Source: Octopus sinensis (lineage: Eukaryota). Taken from it: 64,000 nt of DNA. The stretch lies in contig NC_042997.1 of NCBI RefSeq assembly GCF_006345805.1, positions 180,048,001 through 180,112,000 of the forward strand. The letters are read 5' to 3'. Shown in pieces: positions 1-12,990 of the stretch. How positions within the stretch are numbered: the first letter of the stretch is position 1; each line of letters begins with the position of its first letter. The position numbers were made by a program, and so were the translations under genes. The notes beneath the pieces are model-generated. The model had not been told where the DNA came from. It searched no databases and worked only from the letters and a program-made list of their open reading frames with translations.

Positions 1-1099
1 GCAATCGTTTATTCGCAATAGTATTTTTTCTATGCATATGTGTGAGAATTTTTATTGAAGTAACAGATTCATGGAACAAGATAATGACAATCTTTTAATC
101 TACTTGTAAATCTAGTTATGGAAAGACTATTATAAACACTATACACATTACGCATGTGTGTATAAATACCCATGCATACATAAACGTAAATATACATTTA
201 CATATGTATGTATATGTATATATATATATGAATATACATCTATCTAGACATATACATCTATTTATATCAATGTGTATATTGAGCATGTGTGTATGTGCAT
301 ATTTATGCATGCACACACTCACACACATATATATATATATGATTGCATGCACTAGTTCTACTTCCTTCTACCAATGCAAGTGAGTGATATAGTGTCTGTC
401 TTTTGGCGATACTTTTAGAATGTCCTTTATTCAAAGTAGTCGAATTTGTCGAAGTTATATGGAAAAACTTACCTGTAATACTCTCATACTTACTCTCTCC
501 CCCCTCTCTCTCTCTCTAATTCTCTCTCTCTGTACACGAACTAAATAGGTGTGCAGAAAGAATTTATTGACATGAATTATTTACTGGTGTCAAAACGATG
601 GGTTAAAAATTTAAAGGCATTGAAACAGTTTCTTTGTTGCCCTATGATACCCGTAAGAGCATAAAACTTTTGTCTTTCTTATTCTGCATAGTAATAATCT
701 TCATTTTAACGATATAAGAGCACACGTACATGTTTTATATACGTTGGATTAGCTAGGTTACCCCGTTGTATATTTTCTTCGGAGCCACAAATAATTATCG
801 AATTTTCCGGCTTCATCATATTACATTCTGTGGGCATGTAGTGTAAACATTCAAACACCGTCACAATATTTTTAAGTCCTTCTGCATTTCACGTGGAATT
901 TTTGATCCTGCAACTCACCCGAGAGTACAGGTCGACCTATCAGCGTGTAAATTCTGCTCTGAAAAATTCGACTCTAATGCCGAAAAATACGACAATATAT
1001 TTAAAATCATGAAGCACTTTTGATCAAAATAACTTGATCTAATTTATTTCGCTCTATCTTTTATTACTGGTTAACATTTAGGTATTGTGTGCTTGCATG

Positions 1100-1128
1100 T
1101 GAGTGTATGTACGTATGTATGTATATAT

Positions 1129-1223
<95 letters not shown>
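1100..1223. repeat. (TA)n microsatellite, representative of dozens of TA/CA/TG tracts in the window
   Basis: Direct inspection. Similar tracts lie at about 3578-3613, 5920-5967, 7640-7770, 13930-14025, 22590-22680, 23378-23416, 23650-23775, 30320-30390, 38200-38280, 40175-40345, 42020-42160, 42845-42908, 43110-43185, 43640-43900, 47790-47900, 48300-48352, 48715-48775, 57090-57180, 62820-63000, 63150-63310 and 63470-63550. Confidence 0.97.
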
Positions 1224-1225
<2 letters not shown>

Positions 1226-2950
1226 CACAATGTTTCGGTGTTTATACTATCCAGGCTTCATGAAGTGTCTTGGGAAAATGTCGAACCTGGATTATATATG
1301 TATACATACACATCCAAACAAAGAATCTTAAATTCTGAAACACGTCTTTAAAAATTTCCTAAATGTAATGCAATAAAACCAATATCATTTGAATTTTAGT
1401 TCCACTAATTTACCTGCAAATATTCTTTTTTGTACACTAAGCAAAACCAAAACCAGCTTTCTATACACAGTCTCTTATGGCTTGAATTTGTCATATCCGT
1501 TTATACAAATACCTCCATGCGAAACCGAACACTAAACAACGGAAAACATTTCACTATCAAACCAAATAAAATGTCGTATTAACAACCGTTTAAACCATAC
1601 CCTGGAAAACACATTGTTTCTTCTACCCTTCTCTCACCACCTTACGTACGCATTTACCTCCCAGGTCTATACACAGCATATATAAATGTCACTTCACATA
1701 TGCATACTGTCAATGATTGTGTATGTGTGTGAGTGTGTCTAATTCAAATAGATTCTTGGCTTAACGTAGGGGTCAGAGACGATGCATTGTTTTCATTTAA
1801 AAAAGTAGCAATGCTGGAATAGAACAATGTAAGAAAAATTTTCTCCAATCTTTAAGAAATTTGGATTGGAAACTTAATGACAAAAAAATCACATTGGTAA
1901 AATTCCTAAACGTAAAGCCTAGCCCCTTCGATGGAACGTTCGAACTGTTCCATAAACCAAATGAGAATTTAAAATATGTTCTCCTACGTTTCCTCTCTGA
2001 AAAATATGTGACGCGCCTGTCTCGTGGATAGATTCACTACGCGCACGATCTCACACATGCACACACACACATACACATTCTCCCTTTTCCCCTCTTCTCT
2101 CACTCTCTGTTACAAATACACACAAACACAAACAAACACTTACTGTAATGAAAAGAATCATAAATGGTGCAACATAGGAAGAACAATGTTTAAAACCTAA
2201 GGTTTTAATTTAACACTTGTAAGTTGGAAGAGTGTGCAGAAACGTTGTGTTTTGCGCCTTTGCGTGTAAAATCTGCGAAAAATTAAGGTTGAGTGAGAGA
2301 TAATTAATTACATAAATATAAATTTATAAATGAATTATAGATAACGATAACACAGTGACAGCCTCATCAGCAACAACATCATTATCATAATCAACAAAAC
2401 AGCAACAACAAAGAAAAACAACGAATAACTATAGCAATCATAGTAAGGAATCTGTAGGTAAAGGAAGCGGGTGGAAGATGAATGATTAGGAAACTTGAGA
2501 ATGCTCTTCCATAGATAAGATAAGAAGAGAGAAAGGTACTTGCGAGTAAATTACATTTATCAGGATGTCTCTATAACTGGATCAACGTAAGCGAGAATGG
2601 CGTGTACGTATGTGTTAGTGAATTTTATGTATATATGTAGATTTTTTTATAAAGGAAAAAGGAGGAAGTTGTTATTTCTGCGTGTTTATGGCTATAAAGA
2701 AATTATGTACCATTGTAAATGTATAGTTTCAATCGTGCAACTCTGAAAAAATGGGAGTAGTAACCAGGAAATAGGTAAAAATTCCAAGATATCTGTAAAG
2801 AGCCCGTGAGATTGGTTAAATGTGAGTTACAGGAAAGTGGCAAAATGTTTCCGCGAAGATTATGCAAAAGAAGAGATAGTCGCCTGAAAATGGAACAGCA
2901 TTTAGCCGTCTGCAGCAAGAACAAAAAATGACGAAAGTGAAAGACAGAAA

Positions 2951-3567
2951 TTTAGAAATTTTTTGCTACCAGGGGTCTAGCGTGAAGAAAAAGAACTAGT
3001 CAATAGACTATATATTATTCATATAAATACAGTGTACATTTAAACACATAAGAGATGGCCATAACAAGACATCTAATCCGCTAGAAGGAATAGTTAAAAT
3101 CAAAATCCTATTGGGGTAATTTCGAAAGAGAATGAAAAATAAAAACATTTACAATCTATTTCCTGTACCATGGTTTTAAGCTATCTTCAGCAAATAAAAT
3201 AATTTGCTAGGCGCAGCTATCATCAGCAGGAAAGCCAAGATTAAAATATAAATACGAGGCAATACAGAATATGCCACGTGCTTATATGTTATAATTTTTC
3301 AAATCCACCGTTCAAGCGCAGTTTTTTATCGGCAGCAAATTGAAAAAATGCTGATTTTCTGCTAGAATTAGCCAAAAAATCATTATTGATCAATTTCACA
3401 GTAGCAAAAAATTATTTAGAATTTTTTTTTGCTACCAGTGATCTAGCGTGAAGAAAAAAACTAATCAACAGACTATATATTATTCATATAAATACAGTGT
3501 ACATTTAAATACATAAGCCATGGCCATAATAGGAGATCTAACCCGCTAGAAGAAATGGTTAAAATCC
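2951..3567 (+). repeat. Two diverged direct copies (about 2951-3102 and 3415-3567) of an unclassified ~150 bp repeat
   Basis: Both copies read TTTAGAA..TTTTGCTACCAG.G.TCTAGCGTGAAGAAAAA..ACTA.TCAA.AGACTATATATTATTCATATAAATACAGTGTACATTTAAA. The same core recurs at about 34469-34545 and 36292-36370. Confidence 0.85.
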
Positions 3568-3613
3568 AAACCACTCTTATATATATATATATATATTATA
3601 TATATATATATAT

Positions 3614-4499
3614 AACTTAAGGTGACCCGCTCTACGCGCGGGTGAGGTTGTGTTTGTTACTTTCTGTTGCTTCCTTTCTGTTTCTTATCGCCACATTCTC
3701 CCTCTTTGTTTCTCTCTCCTTTCTCTCTCACTTTCCCACTCTCTTAGTCTTCATTTCTCTCGGACTTTCCTTCGCTTTCTCTTACTCTATATCTTTCTCT
3801 ATCTATCTCTCTCCTATTTATAAACAACAAAAGATCTTGAGTAAGTTGAGAAAGGAAATATTTTTACGCTTTTTCAACCCTTCATCGTTATTCTCATTCA
3901 CTCATTATTACTTTCTCCCTTCCTTTCACTTTCTCTCTATAACGTCGTTTGATAGCGTCTACTATCTTTCCTCCGCCGCCTTCACCAGCATTGTCACTCT
4001 CTCTCTCTCTCTCTCTCTACGTCTGTCTGCATTCATAGAGAGAATTATCATCACCACCACCACCACCTCACAATCATGAGAATCTTTCTCTCTATATATA
4101 GATAGAGAGAGAGGGGAGAGAGAAAGTAATAATGAGTGAATGAGAATAACGACGAAGGGTTTAAAAAGCGTAAAAAATATTGAAGGCGGCGGAGGAAAGA
4201 TAGTAGACGCTATCAAACGACGTTATAGAGAGAAGTCGAAAGGAAGGGAGGAAAGAGAGAGATTGAGGAAGACAAGCAGATAATAGAATGAGAGTAGACT
4301 TGTCAAAGTGTGCGTTTTTTGCCCTAGCAACCACACCTTTTAAGATATGGATTTCTAACCTAGCCCACTCTGGTCCTCACCTCATTTTACATGTCCCTGT
4401 AAATTTTGTAGTCAATCCGACCCCATCAAGGTGCCCCTTAACCCGTTCCAATGCCAAAACCAGACAAACATTTCGCATTTCAGAATTATAATATAGAGA
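3614..4499 (-). mobile_element. Non-autonomous Helitron, family B, with eroded 3' end
   Basis: The minus strand starts A|TCTCTATATTATAA at 4499. The 3' hairpin CCCGCGCGTAGAGCGGG lies at about 3626-3642. The 3' ~250 bp is shared with the copy at 48776, which keeps its CTAG terminus. Confidence 0.65.
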
Positions 4500-5918
4500 T
4501 TATACCCACTATTTTTATCCCCATAACACTGTATTCACCATTGATATTAACATGAATGTTTTCTTATTTTATTCTAAATTTATTTTTATTTTGATCTGTA
4601 TACTTAATCCCACATTTACATTAATAGATAATATCATTCCCATTGTAATCCCCTCCTTACTTATACTGCATGTAACTCACCTATACCTAGTTTTTACCTA
4701 AACTTTACAGCATCATCCAAAACTATATCTATTTAATATTCACTCTCAAATACTATCATCTTCTTAGCATTCATATATATATATTTGTGTGTGCGTGTGT
4801 GTGTTTGTGTGAGTACATGTATGCATGTCTGGTTGTTCGTTCCTCAGTGTAATAACAACAAAACATTTATTTCGTATTACAGTTTTCCGATACCGCAGCG
4901 ACAATTGAATATACTCCTACATACATCGTGATATTGGCGAGTGTATTTATTATATTCATCGGGTATGTTGTATTAAACATTTACAATAATGATGTAAATA
5001 GCAGATATATATATTCAAATAATAAATAATTGATAACATATATATTAGATTTCATGAACATATTTTACATTTCACCACTTAAATTTTTAGTATTTACAAA
5101 CACCCGCATAACCCACATTTTAAATAACAAATAATTAATAATAGTATAATTATTTATTAAAACACTCATTAAATTAACCATATTTGACACCAAGATACAA
5201 GTATAAATTCAATCAATTGATCTCTTAATTTTGTAATTATACTATTCAATAATGTACTTTAACACTTACTATTAATCTATAATACATATCTTATTGTTAA
5301 ATAGAATATACATATAATTACAATTAGATAAAACCCAAATATATATTTTTTATACAGCCACTATTTTTACATAAATGCTGTCTACAGAACGTTGTCATTT
5401 ATTTTACAAAATCTTATAATCCAGTAGTAATTTCTGTTGATACTTTTAATATATTTCAATATATAAATATGGAAATTTAAACTGCACGTATGTATTGATA
5501 TCTATTTATCCTTTAAACTTATAAACATATTTCTATAGTTAAACACAAGCTATTTTGCATTTTTATAATAAAAAAATAATTATTGACCATATATAAAATA
5601 GATGGGAGATTACTAGTTACCCAAATTTTCATCTAGGGAATTTATCCTGTGATAGTGGTTTTCAATTTCTCTAGCATTTCGTAAGTGAATAACAACATAG
5701 CTCTTTTCTTATACACCTAATATTTTTACACACTAAATACTTTTTCTTAGAACACAGGAAATTCTACACTAACCTATTTAATCGTAAATGACACCAATGT
5801 TAGAAATTTTCTCTGAAATACTTCTAGAAAAGATTACCTCAGTGTACATTGCGCCACTTATGTTAAGTTATATTTATATTCATCCCAACTTGTTTCCATA
5901 AATGTTATAAATATAAAA

Positions 5919-5966
<48 letters not shown>

Positions 5967-6596
5967 ATTTCTCTGTAGTACTTCAGAAAATTATCGGTAT
6001 ATTATATATACATAATTTATTTACATTTCCCAATCTAATTCTTTGTATATTACACCCCTCATGATAAGTTACATCTGTCTTTCTACCATCTCGCTTACGT
6101 AAACTTTTAAATATATATTTGCATTTAAATATAATAAGGCATATATTTTTCATATAAATGTGTTGCTTTAGCAGCATTTAGACGTTCAATATTAGCTAAA
6201 TTTTAAACGATAAATTTCTAATCACATGAATTCTGCGACTTAAAAAGTTGTTTGTTTACATTCAAAAATTCCTAAACATAATACTCAAATAATTAATTTC
6301 ATAATCTAAGACCGAAAATATAGTTACTTTTCCTGACGATATCCTACAGTTTATCGTTTATTGCATCTATAAAAGTTACAATTACTGATAATTCAAGCAT
6401 ATTGTTGGATGGAAACATATACCGAATTAATTTTTTTAATATTTTCGGTTGTTTTGTTGATGTGGTACCTTTTAAACTTGTTCATAGAGGTATATGTTTT
6501 AATCCATGAATTTGCATTACTGTTCCATTGTCTTACAAATAAAATGAACCAATCATCTTTTACATATTTTTCTTCTCCATTTTCTTTTATTGATTA

Positions 6597-6964
6597 CTAG
6601 CAGTATCACCCGGCGTTGCTCGGGTTTGTAAGGGAAATAACTATATTAGCATTTTTAGAGATGTAAAGTATAATAGCCATCTCAATATGGCTAACCACCA
6701 AGGGGGGGGGTTACTGTAGCTTTTTACGTTCTGAGATTTAATAATGCATTTTTGGAGAGTTACTTCCCTTATATAAACCGAGCGAAAATGCATTAAAAAT
6801 ACGGAAAAATTATGGTAATTTTTTTTTAAATCGTAGACTCATCGTAGACGCGCGCTAATACTCAGAAGGGCTCGATATAAATCACGACTATAAGATACCC
6901 GCTTTTGCTTTAGGAATCTAAATCGTAGGAGACAGACACACAATCTTACTTTTATATACAAAAA
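6597..6964 (-). mobile_element. Non-autonomous Helitron, family A
   Basis: The minus-strand 3' end is a CCCGAGCAACGCCGGG hairpin, then TGATACTG-CTAG|T. The body matches copies at 29484, 45471 and 50172. The 5' end is a degenerate TATATAAAAGTAAGATTGTGTG. Confidence 0.8.
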
Positions 6965-7023
6965 TATATATATATGTTTATGTATATGTATATAAATTTT
7001 GAAGACGATGGAAACATGCTCTA

Positions 7024-7407
7024 GGCGTAGGAGTGGTTGTGTGGTAAGAAGCTTGCTTACCAACCACATGGTTCCGGGTTCAGTCTCACTGCGTGGCACC
7101 TTGGCCGAGTGTCTTCTACTATAAGCCTTGTGAGGGGATTCCCGTCTTATATATGCATATATATATAAATGTGTGTGTATGCATGTATGTGTGTGTGTGT
7201 ATGTTTGTGTGTCTGTGTTTGTCCCCCCCCAACATCGCTTGACGACCGATGCTGCTGTGCTTACATCCCCGTAACCTAGTGGTTCGGCAAAAGAGACCGA
7301 TAGAATAAGGACTAAGCTTACAAAGAATAAGTCCTGGTGTCAATTTGCTCGACTAAAGGCGGTGCTCCAGCATGGCCACAGTCACATGACTGAAACAAGT
7401 GAAAGAG
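7024..7407 (+). mobile_element. tRNA-derived SINE with internal (TA)(TG) microsatellite, near full length
   Basis: The head GGCGTAGGAGTGGTTGTGTGGTAAGAAGCTTGC...GGGTTCAGTCTCACTG has Pol III A- and B-box-like motifs, and the element ends ...TGACTGAAACAAGTGAAAGA. Many partial copies occur in the window. It resembles described octopus SINEs; the exact family was not determined. Confidence 0.85.
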
Positions 7408-7723
7408 TAGAAGTGTATATATATATATATCTGCTATACTTTAGAGTAAGTTTCCCTCTTCTTCAAAATTGTAGACCACCCTCCCGTATATCGGGAGTAT
7501 TTCCCCAGTCGATAATATCAATGAAAGAGTTAATATTCGCATCCGAGAAATTCTTTTATGTATTACTGTATCCTAAAATATCTTTGAAATGGTGACAGCC
7601 TGGGAAATACGTTCTGCTATGAAAATCCACTTTAAAGTCATGTATTGCACACACACACACACACACTCACACACACAAACACACACATGCACAGACAAAC
7701 AGGCATACAGATATACACGCGGA

Positions 7724-7769
<46 letters not shown>

Positions 7770-9309
7770 CGGGCAATCATGAATATGTGTGTGTGAGAGT
7801 GTAAATATACATATGTAGTTAGATATATTAGTGTATATACGTATAGATATATACGTATGTGTGTACATGTATGCATGTCTGCTTGTTTGTTCTTCAGTGT
7901 AATAACAACAAAACATTTGTTTCGTAATACAGTTTTCCGATACCGCAGCGACAATTGAATATACTCCTACATACATCGTGATATTGGTGAGCGTATTTAT
8001 TACATTCATCGGGTATGTTGTATTAAACATTTACAATAACGATTTAAATATGAGAATATGTGTTATTGGCACAAGTTGCGGGCAACGGCTGAACGGATGG
8101 TCGAATGAGACAGAGTGATATTATGTTCACATAAATGGACGCAACTACGCACAATAAATGACAGAAATATAATATTCATCGGAAGATTTCAATAAACTGT
8201 TATCTTTATTTGACTGGACTGCAGTGTCATTTGCTGATGATTTACCAATAAAAAATTTACATATTGTTCATGTCAATGTTCGTAACAATTAATTGCTACA
8301 CATTTAGAGGGGCTTAAGTTTCTGTAAATTAAAATGTCAGATACATATGTGTCTGTGGCTTGACTCTCATACATATAGGTATTAGTATAGCTAAAGATGC
8401 CATCCAATATATTTAAATTAATTCAAATTACATCTACCCTGAGAAGGAACAATGATTATCATAAAATCTAATTCTGGTGGATTAAATTAGTTAAAATTAA
8501 TTACATAGTACAAGGGCAAGAAATGACATGTCTTGATCTAAGTAAACCGCATTTCCGAAGCATAGTCTGACCGAAACTGCAGATCTAAGATAACAAGGGA
8601 ATATATTCATTTACCATATACTTTATAAATATACATACTTTACTAATTCCTTTCATGTCCCAGGAGTCTACTGTATTTTGTCTGAGTTCTTCCATTATGT
8701 TTCTTAGGTTTTGAATCAAATATTCTATTATGAAATATATCGAAGAAAAAGTGTTCGTCCATATTACATATGAGGATCATGTGACGGTAGAATCTTCTGT
8801 GCTGCGAATGTATTTGATTTTGTAATGTTATTACTTTCGAAGTCTACTGGCAATGATACCGAAATTCATTTTTTTACGATATGAATAAAGTAATTGTTTC
8901 TTCCATGCGCTCGGGTTTTTCTTTTTTTTACTTATCTCCAAGGGCACTTCTACAGATATAAGTTTGAATATTTTAGTGTTTTAAAATTCATCGAAATTTT
9001 ATATAACTGTTTTCATTATTTAGCTGAAGGCTAGTTGGAAACTGATTTCTGCTGTGACCATTCATTTCTTTATTTTTACAAAGAGGTATATCTACCACTT
9101 CGTTGTAGTGTTATTATAATATTAAAACAATGTGGTTTGAATTGGGTGACACAAGGTTGGAGTCAGGCAGGTTTAGCGACAACATGTAAATTGTCTCTCC
9201 TATATACACTTCTGAGATGGTGGTTAAAAGCGTTCATTTAATCTCTAGTTATGCATATTTATATTGCATTTAGTACTATTTGTTTCGCCACCTTGTCTTC
9301 CTTTAAGCA

Positions 9310-9758
9310 TCTCAAGTATGCAATAATATTTTACAAAATTTTCCCTCCCTGAAAATAAACTGATTTTATTCAGTAATAATTGATTTCTGGTGCATTTAAT
9401 TTTTTGTAGATCAGAACAAAGGGTTTCAAATGAATTTTATAAACTGTTAAGCTATTAAATGTTCTAATATCATGACTAATCCTTCTATGTAATCATTTTA
9501 CTGTATATTTAATTTCTGGTCAACAAACCTGTCTTACTGTAGGTATCTCACGTATGCAACAATATTTTACAAAACTTACCCTGAAAATAAACTGCTTTTA
9601 TTCAGTAATAATTGTTTTCTGACGCGTCTAATTTTGTGTAGATCAGAACATCGGGTTTCAAATAAATTTTATAACCTGAAGCTATTAAATGTTCTTTTTT
9701 CTTGACTGATTCTTCTATGTAATAATTTTACTGTATACTTAATTTCTGGTCAACAAAC
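9310..9758 (+). repeat. Tandem duplication, two ~220 bp units with a period of about 236 bp
   Basis: Units start TCTCA(A/C)GTATGCAA at 9310 and 9546, and both end TTTCTGGTCAACAAAC. Confidence 0.9.
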
Positions 9759-10381
9759 TCAACAGCCTCATCGAGCAGCTACGTTTCAATCTGGAGGAAA
9801 CTTAATACATTCTGCTCTTCTCTTTTCCTCTTACCTTTCTTTTTTGCACATTCATATTACCACTTGAATATTTTTCAGATCTTTCTGACTAAAATAGTAC
9901 TATTACATTGCTTTTGCTCTTTCTGAGAGAAAACATGTATGTTCCATACTATGCAATATTTCATATGTCTCAACCCAGTCTTATTTCTCTCAGTGTGCCA
10001 GCATATATCTGCGCAAGCAGAGGTAGATATAAAAAATGGTTGAAAAAATATGTTCAAAACATGTCGTTCTTCTATGTAAGGCATTAAATCTTGCATTGGT
10101 CTCAGATATAGAGATTTATATCCAATTAATTTTAATTGAATGCGTACAACATGGATTTATTTCTCGGTAAAACTGACGTTATACGGCACAGAGAGATTTA
10201 GTGACCGTACTATATTAAAATGCGTCAATAATTTAATGCCGATGTTTCTTATGTATGCTTTTCAGAATAAAACACCCCACCTTAAGAGTGCTGAATCTGG
10301 TATTGCAAGAAATTTTCTCCCATTAATTATCAAAAGAAACAATTCTCTGCCAGCGATAATTATCATTAACTTTTAAGAAAC

Positions 10382-10772
10382 TGTTGGGTTATCCCATAAA
10401 TAATGCGGTTATTTTATGTTTCTTTTAGTTTTCAAAATTAAGACAAACAAAGTTCTTTTTTAATCTAAAATATACTCTCCTTAATTTCCAACAATGCTCT
10501 TCTATCTATCTTGTAGACTTGCAAGGCTTCGCTTCCAAAAATTCATTTGTCTGTGACGAAAAATACTCCTCCTGTACTATTTTGACCACGTCTACAGAAT
10601 TCATATTTTTTCCGTCCAAATCATTTTGAAGATGCGAGGAACCCATTGACCCAATTTGCTGACTTTTCTGATGGTACGCAGGTATCGACGAATGGTTGAA
10701 GGACAACTTGCCCTCCGACTTTTCGTTCATGCTATTGAAAAAATACCGCATTATTTATGGGATGGCCTAACA
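10382..10772 (-). mobile_element. Internally deleted mariner (Tc1/mariner) element
   Basis: The ~28 bp TIRs are TGTT(G/A)GG(TT/CC)ATCCCATAAATAATGCGGT, with TA at the right flank. The minus strand encodes TIRRYLRTIRKVSKLGQWVP, the mariner WVPHEL region, joined directly to C-terminal LQNDLDGKNMNSVDVVKIVQEEYFSSQTNEFLE. Confidence 0.85.
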
Positions 10773-11107
10773 TATTTCTGTAGTTTAATAGTGTTTTGTA
10801 ATAATCATCGAACGCAAGTATCTTATAGTAACTAAAACGATTAGAATGCAATTTCAGCATCACTTTCTCTGACGTGCGGTCTTTAGCTAAAATAACATCC
10901 GACGATGTTATCAATAAGAACTTATTTAATTAATGGAGACCACTAAGAATAAAACAAGCACTCCCTATAAAATCTCACTATCCAAGTTACGTGCTTCATA
11001 TGCTTGAAGGAGAGAATTTGTGATAAAAATGATAGACCTTATAATTCTCTGGGAAGCGAACATCGAAGTTGCTTTTGTTAGGAATGACAAGAAACACTTT
11101 GAGTTGG

Positions 11108-11208
11108 TTACCAGTTTCGCACTGGGGTCGATATAATCGACTTAATCCCTTTGTCTGTCCCTGTTTGTCCCCTCTATGTTTAGCCCGTTGTGGACAACAA
11201 AGAAATAT
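11108..11208 (+). mobile_element. 3' fragment of a second SINE family
   Basis: ACCAGTTTCGCACTGGGGTCGATATAATCGACTTAATCC...AAAGAAATA is the reverse complement of the copy at 12756-12990. Confidence 0.75.
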
Positions 11209-12667
11209 GTATTAATGAAAATAAAGGATAGGACGGAATATGCCTTCCTGTAAAGAAAGGTGTTAAAACATTTTTTAATCTAGAGTTCGGCAGTCTTTGA
11301 ATAGCTGCAAAGGTGTCAAAACATTTTACCATAAAAGGTATTATAACCCACAGAGAAAGCGATAAACAGGATGAGTGGTACATTGAGAATAACAGAGGCA
11401 TCTGGCCCAGAGTAATAACGTATGACTCAATAAACCCGTGCTATTGTACAAGAATTTTGAGTATTGTTGCTTACATAATTGTGTGTTCCTAAGCAGCCCT
11501 GGTGTCACACGGAAAAGACCAAAATACATATAAAGCCAATTCATTGCCTAATCACACATCAATATCTACATTCGAAGTTTACCCGAAATTTAAAACGTGT
11601 AAAAAAGGTCCAATTACTTACTACTATACATCCCGTCACACATCCAGTAATAATAGTACTTTTCTGTCGTAACGCAGTTATAAACAAATTGTGCATTTGA
11701 TTTTTACGAACCAAATACAGCAGCAATTTGCTTTACCCGCAGCATGATAAACCACTTTCTCTCAAAAAACTTGCACTCATCTCTTTAAAATGATATGACT
11801 CTACGTTCTCTTTCGTATTATCCCTCTAACTTTCATTATCGCTTCTTCTCTAGTACTACCTTATTACTTTGCATCTCATAAGCGTATGTACATTAATCTG
11901 TAAGATATTGAAAATACTCTAACGTGTATCAAAATATCATATTCATATCACTAAAAAGGATTAGATTGGAAACCCATGGCTGAATATCAGTCAAATATAA
12001 AAAGTAGATATCTAAGGTGGATCCTACTGCAAAAAGTGTCCGTTACAAACTAAGAATGGCTCTAATGTCATGTCCACATTTACCAAGAAGCAATTGGGGA
12101 CGCTGGACCTGAGCTGGAAGGATTTGATCCACAGGCGAAATCTCGCGAAGTTTGAAGTTTTAAACATTTTACCAATGAAATGTCCGGAAAACCACATGAC
12201 AAACAAAAACTAAACAAAAATTAAATATATAAAAATAAAATGCATTTCTCTCAGTATGTAAACTTAACTGATTATTTTTCTCTTTACTAATATTAACAAC
12301 TCATATAGTTAGAAAAGCTATCAATCCGATGCTTTAAAGAATTTCCTTGTAAATGACAACATTGCGTCAATTTCTTAAAATTTATTCACCTTTATGACAC
12401 TATAAGTAATTAATTATTATAACAGTTTTGCAGTATTATATACGAAGTGATTGGTATCTATACAGTTAAGGTATCTACAAGTTAATGTCACACCCACGGA
12501 GAGTAGGTAATCTATATAACTCGGATTGTAACAATTATCAAAATTACATCACAGGAAATAGCGACCTGTCAGTGCAGCGTGATTAATAGTAATAAACCTT
12601 TCTATTATAGGCAGAAAGCTTGAAGATTCCGAGGAGAGGACTAGTTGATTACTTCGCGCCCAGAATT

Positions 12668-12990
12668 TCACTGGTACTTTATATATCGACGCCCGAATGA
12701 TGAAAGCAAAATCGAGTTCGGCGGAAATTGAACTCAGACCGTAGCGATGGGCCAATACCTATTTATTTATTACCCACAAGGGGCTAAATACAGAAGGGAA
12801 AAATAAGGACAGACAAACGGATTAAGTCGATTATATCGACCCCAGTGCGTAACTGGTACTTATTTAATCGACCCCGAAAGTCTGAAAGGCAAAGACGACC
12901 TCGGCGGAATTTGAACTCAGAAGGTAGCGGCAGACGAAATACCGCTAAGCATATCATTCAGCATGCTAACGACACTGCCAGCTCTTAGCC
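12668..12990 (-). mobile_element. Second SINE family: near-complete copy (about 12756-12990) plus an adjacent partial copy (about 12668-12755)
   Basis: The minus strand reads GAGCTGGCAG..GTTAGCATGC...GCTTAGCGGTATTTCGTCTGCCGC...TTCTGAGTTCAAATTCCGCCGAGGTCG, a tRNA-like head with a B-box-like GAGTTCAAATTCC. The partial copy repeats the same core. Confidence 0.8.

Larger units (their letters stand above)
4813..8050 (+). repeat. Pair of ~188 bp direct repeats (4813-5000 and 7863-8050), 3050 bp apart
   Basis: Shared sequence GTACATGTATGCATGTCT...CAGTTTTCCGATACCGCAGCGACAATTGAATATACTCCTACATACATCGTGATATTGG...AAACATTTACAATAA, roughly 90% identical by eye. Confidence 0.9.

Noticed and set aside
7024-7095. 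tRNA gene
   Set aside because: It has A- and B-box-like motifs but no cloverleaf that I could fold, and it continues into a repeated SINE body.
11310-12210. Slightly GC-richer open stretches (e.g. ITHRESDKQDEWYIENNRGIWPR; HIYQEAIGDAGPELEGFDPQ) as possible host exons
   Set aside because: I recognised no homology and no convincing splice pairs. They cannot be excluded without tBLASTx or RNA-seq.
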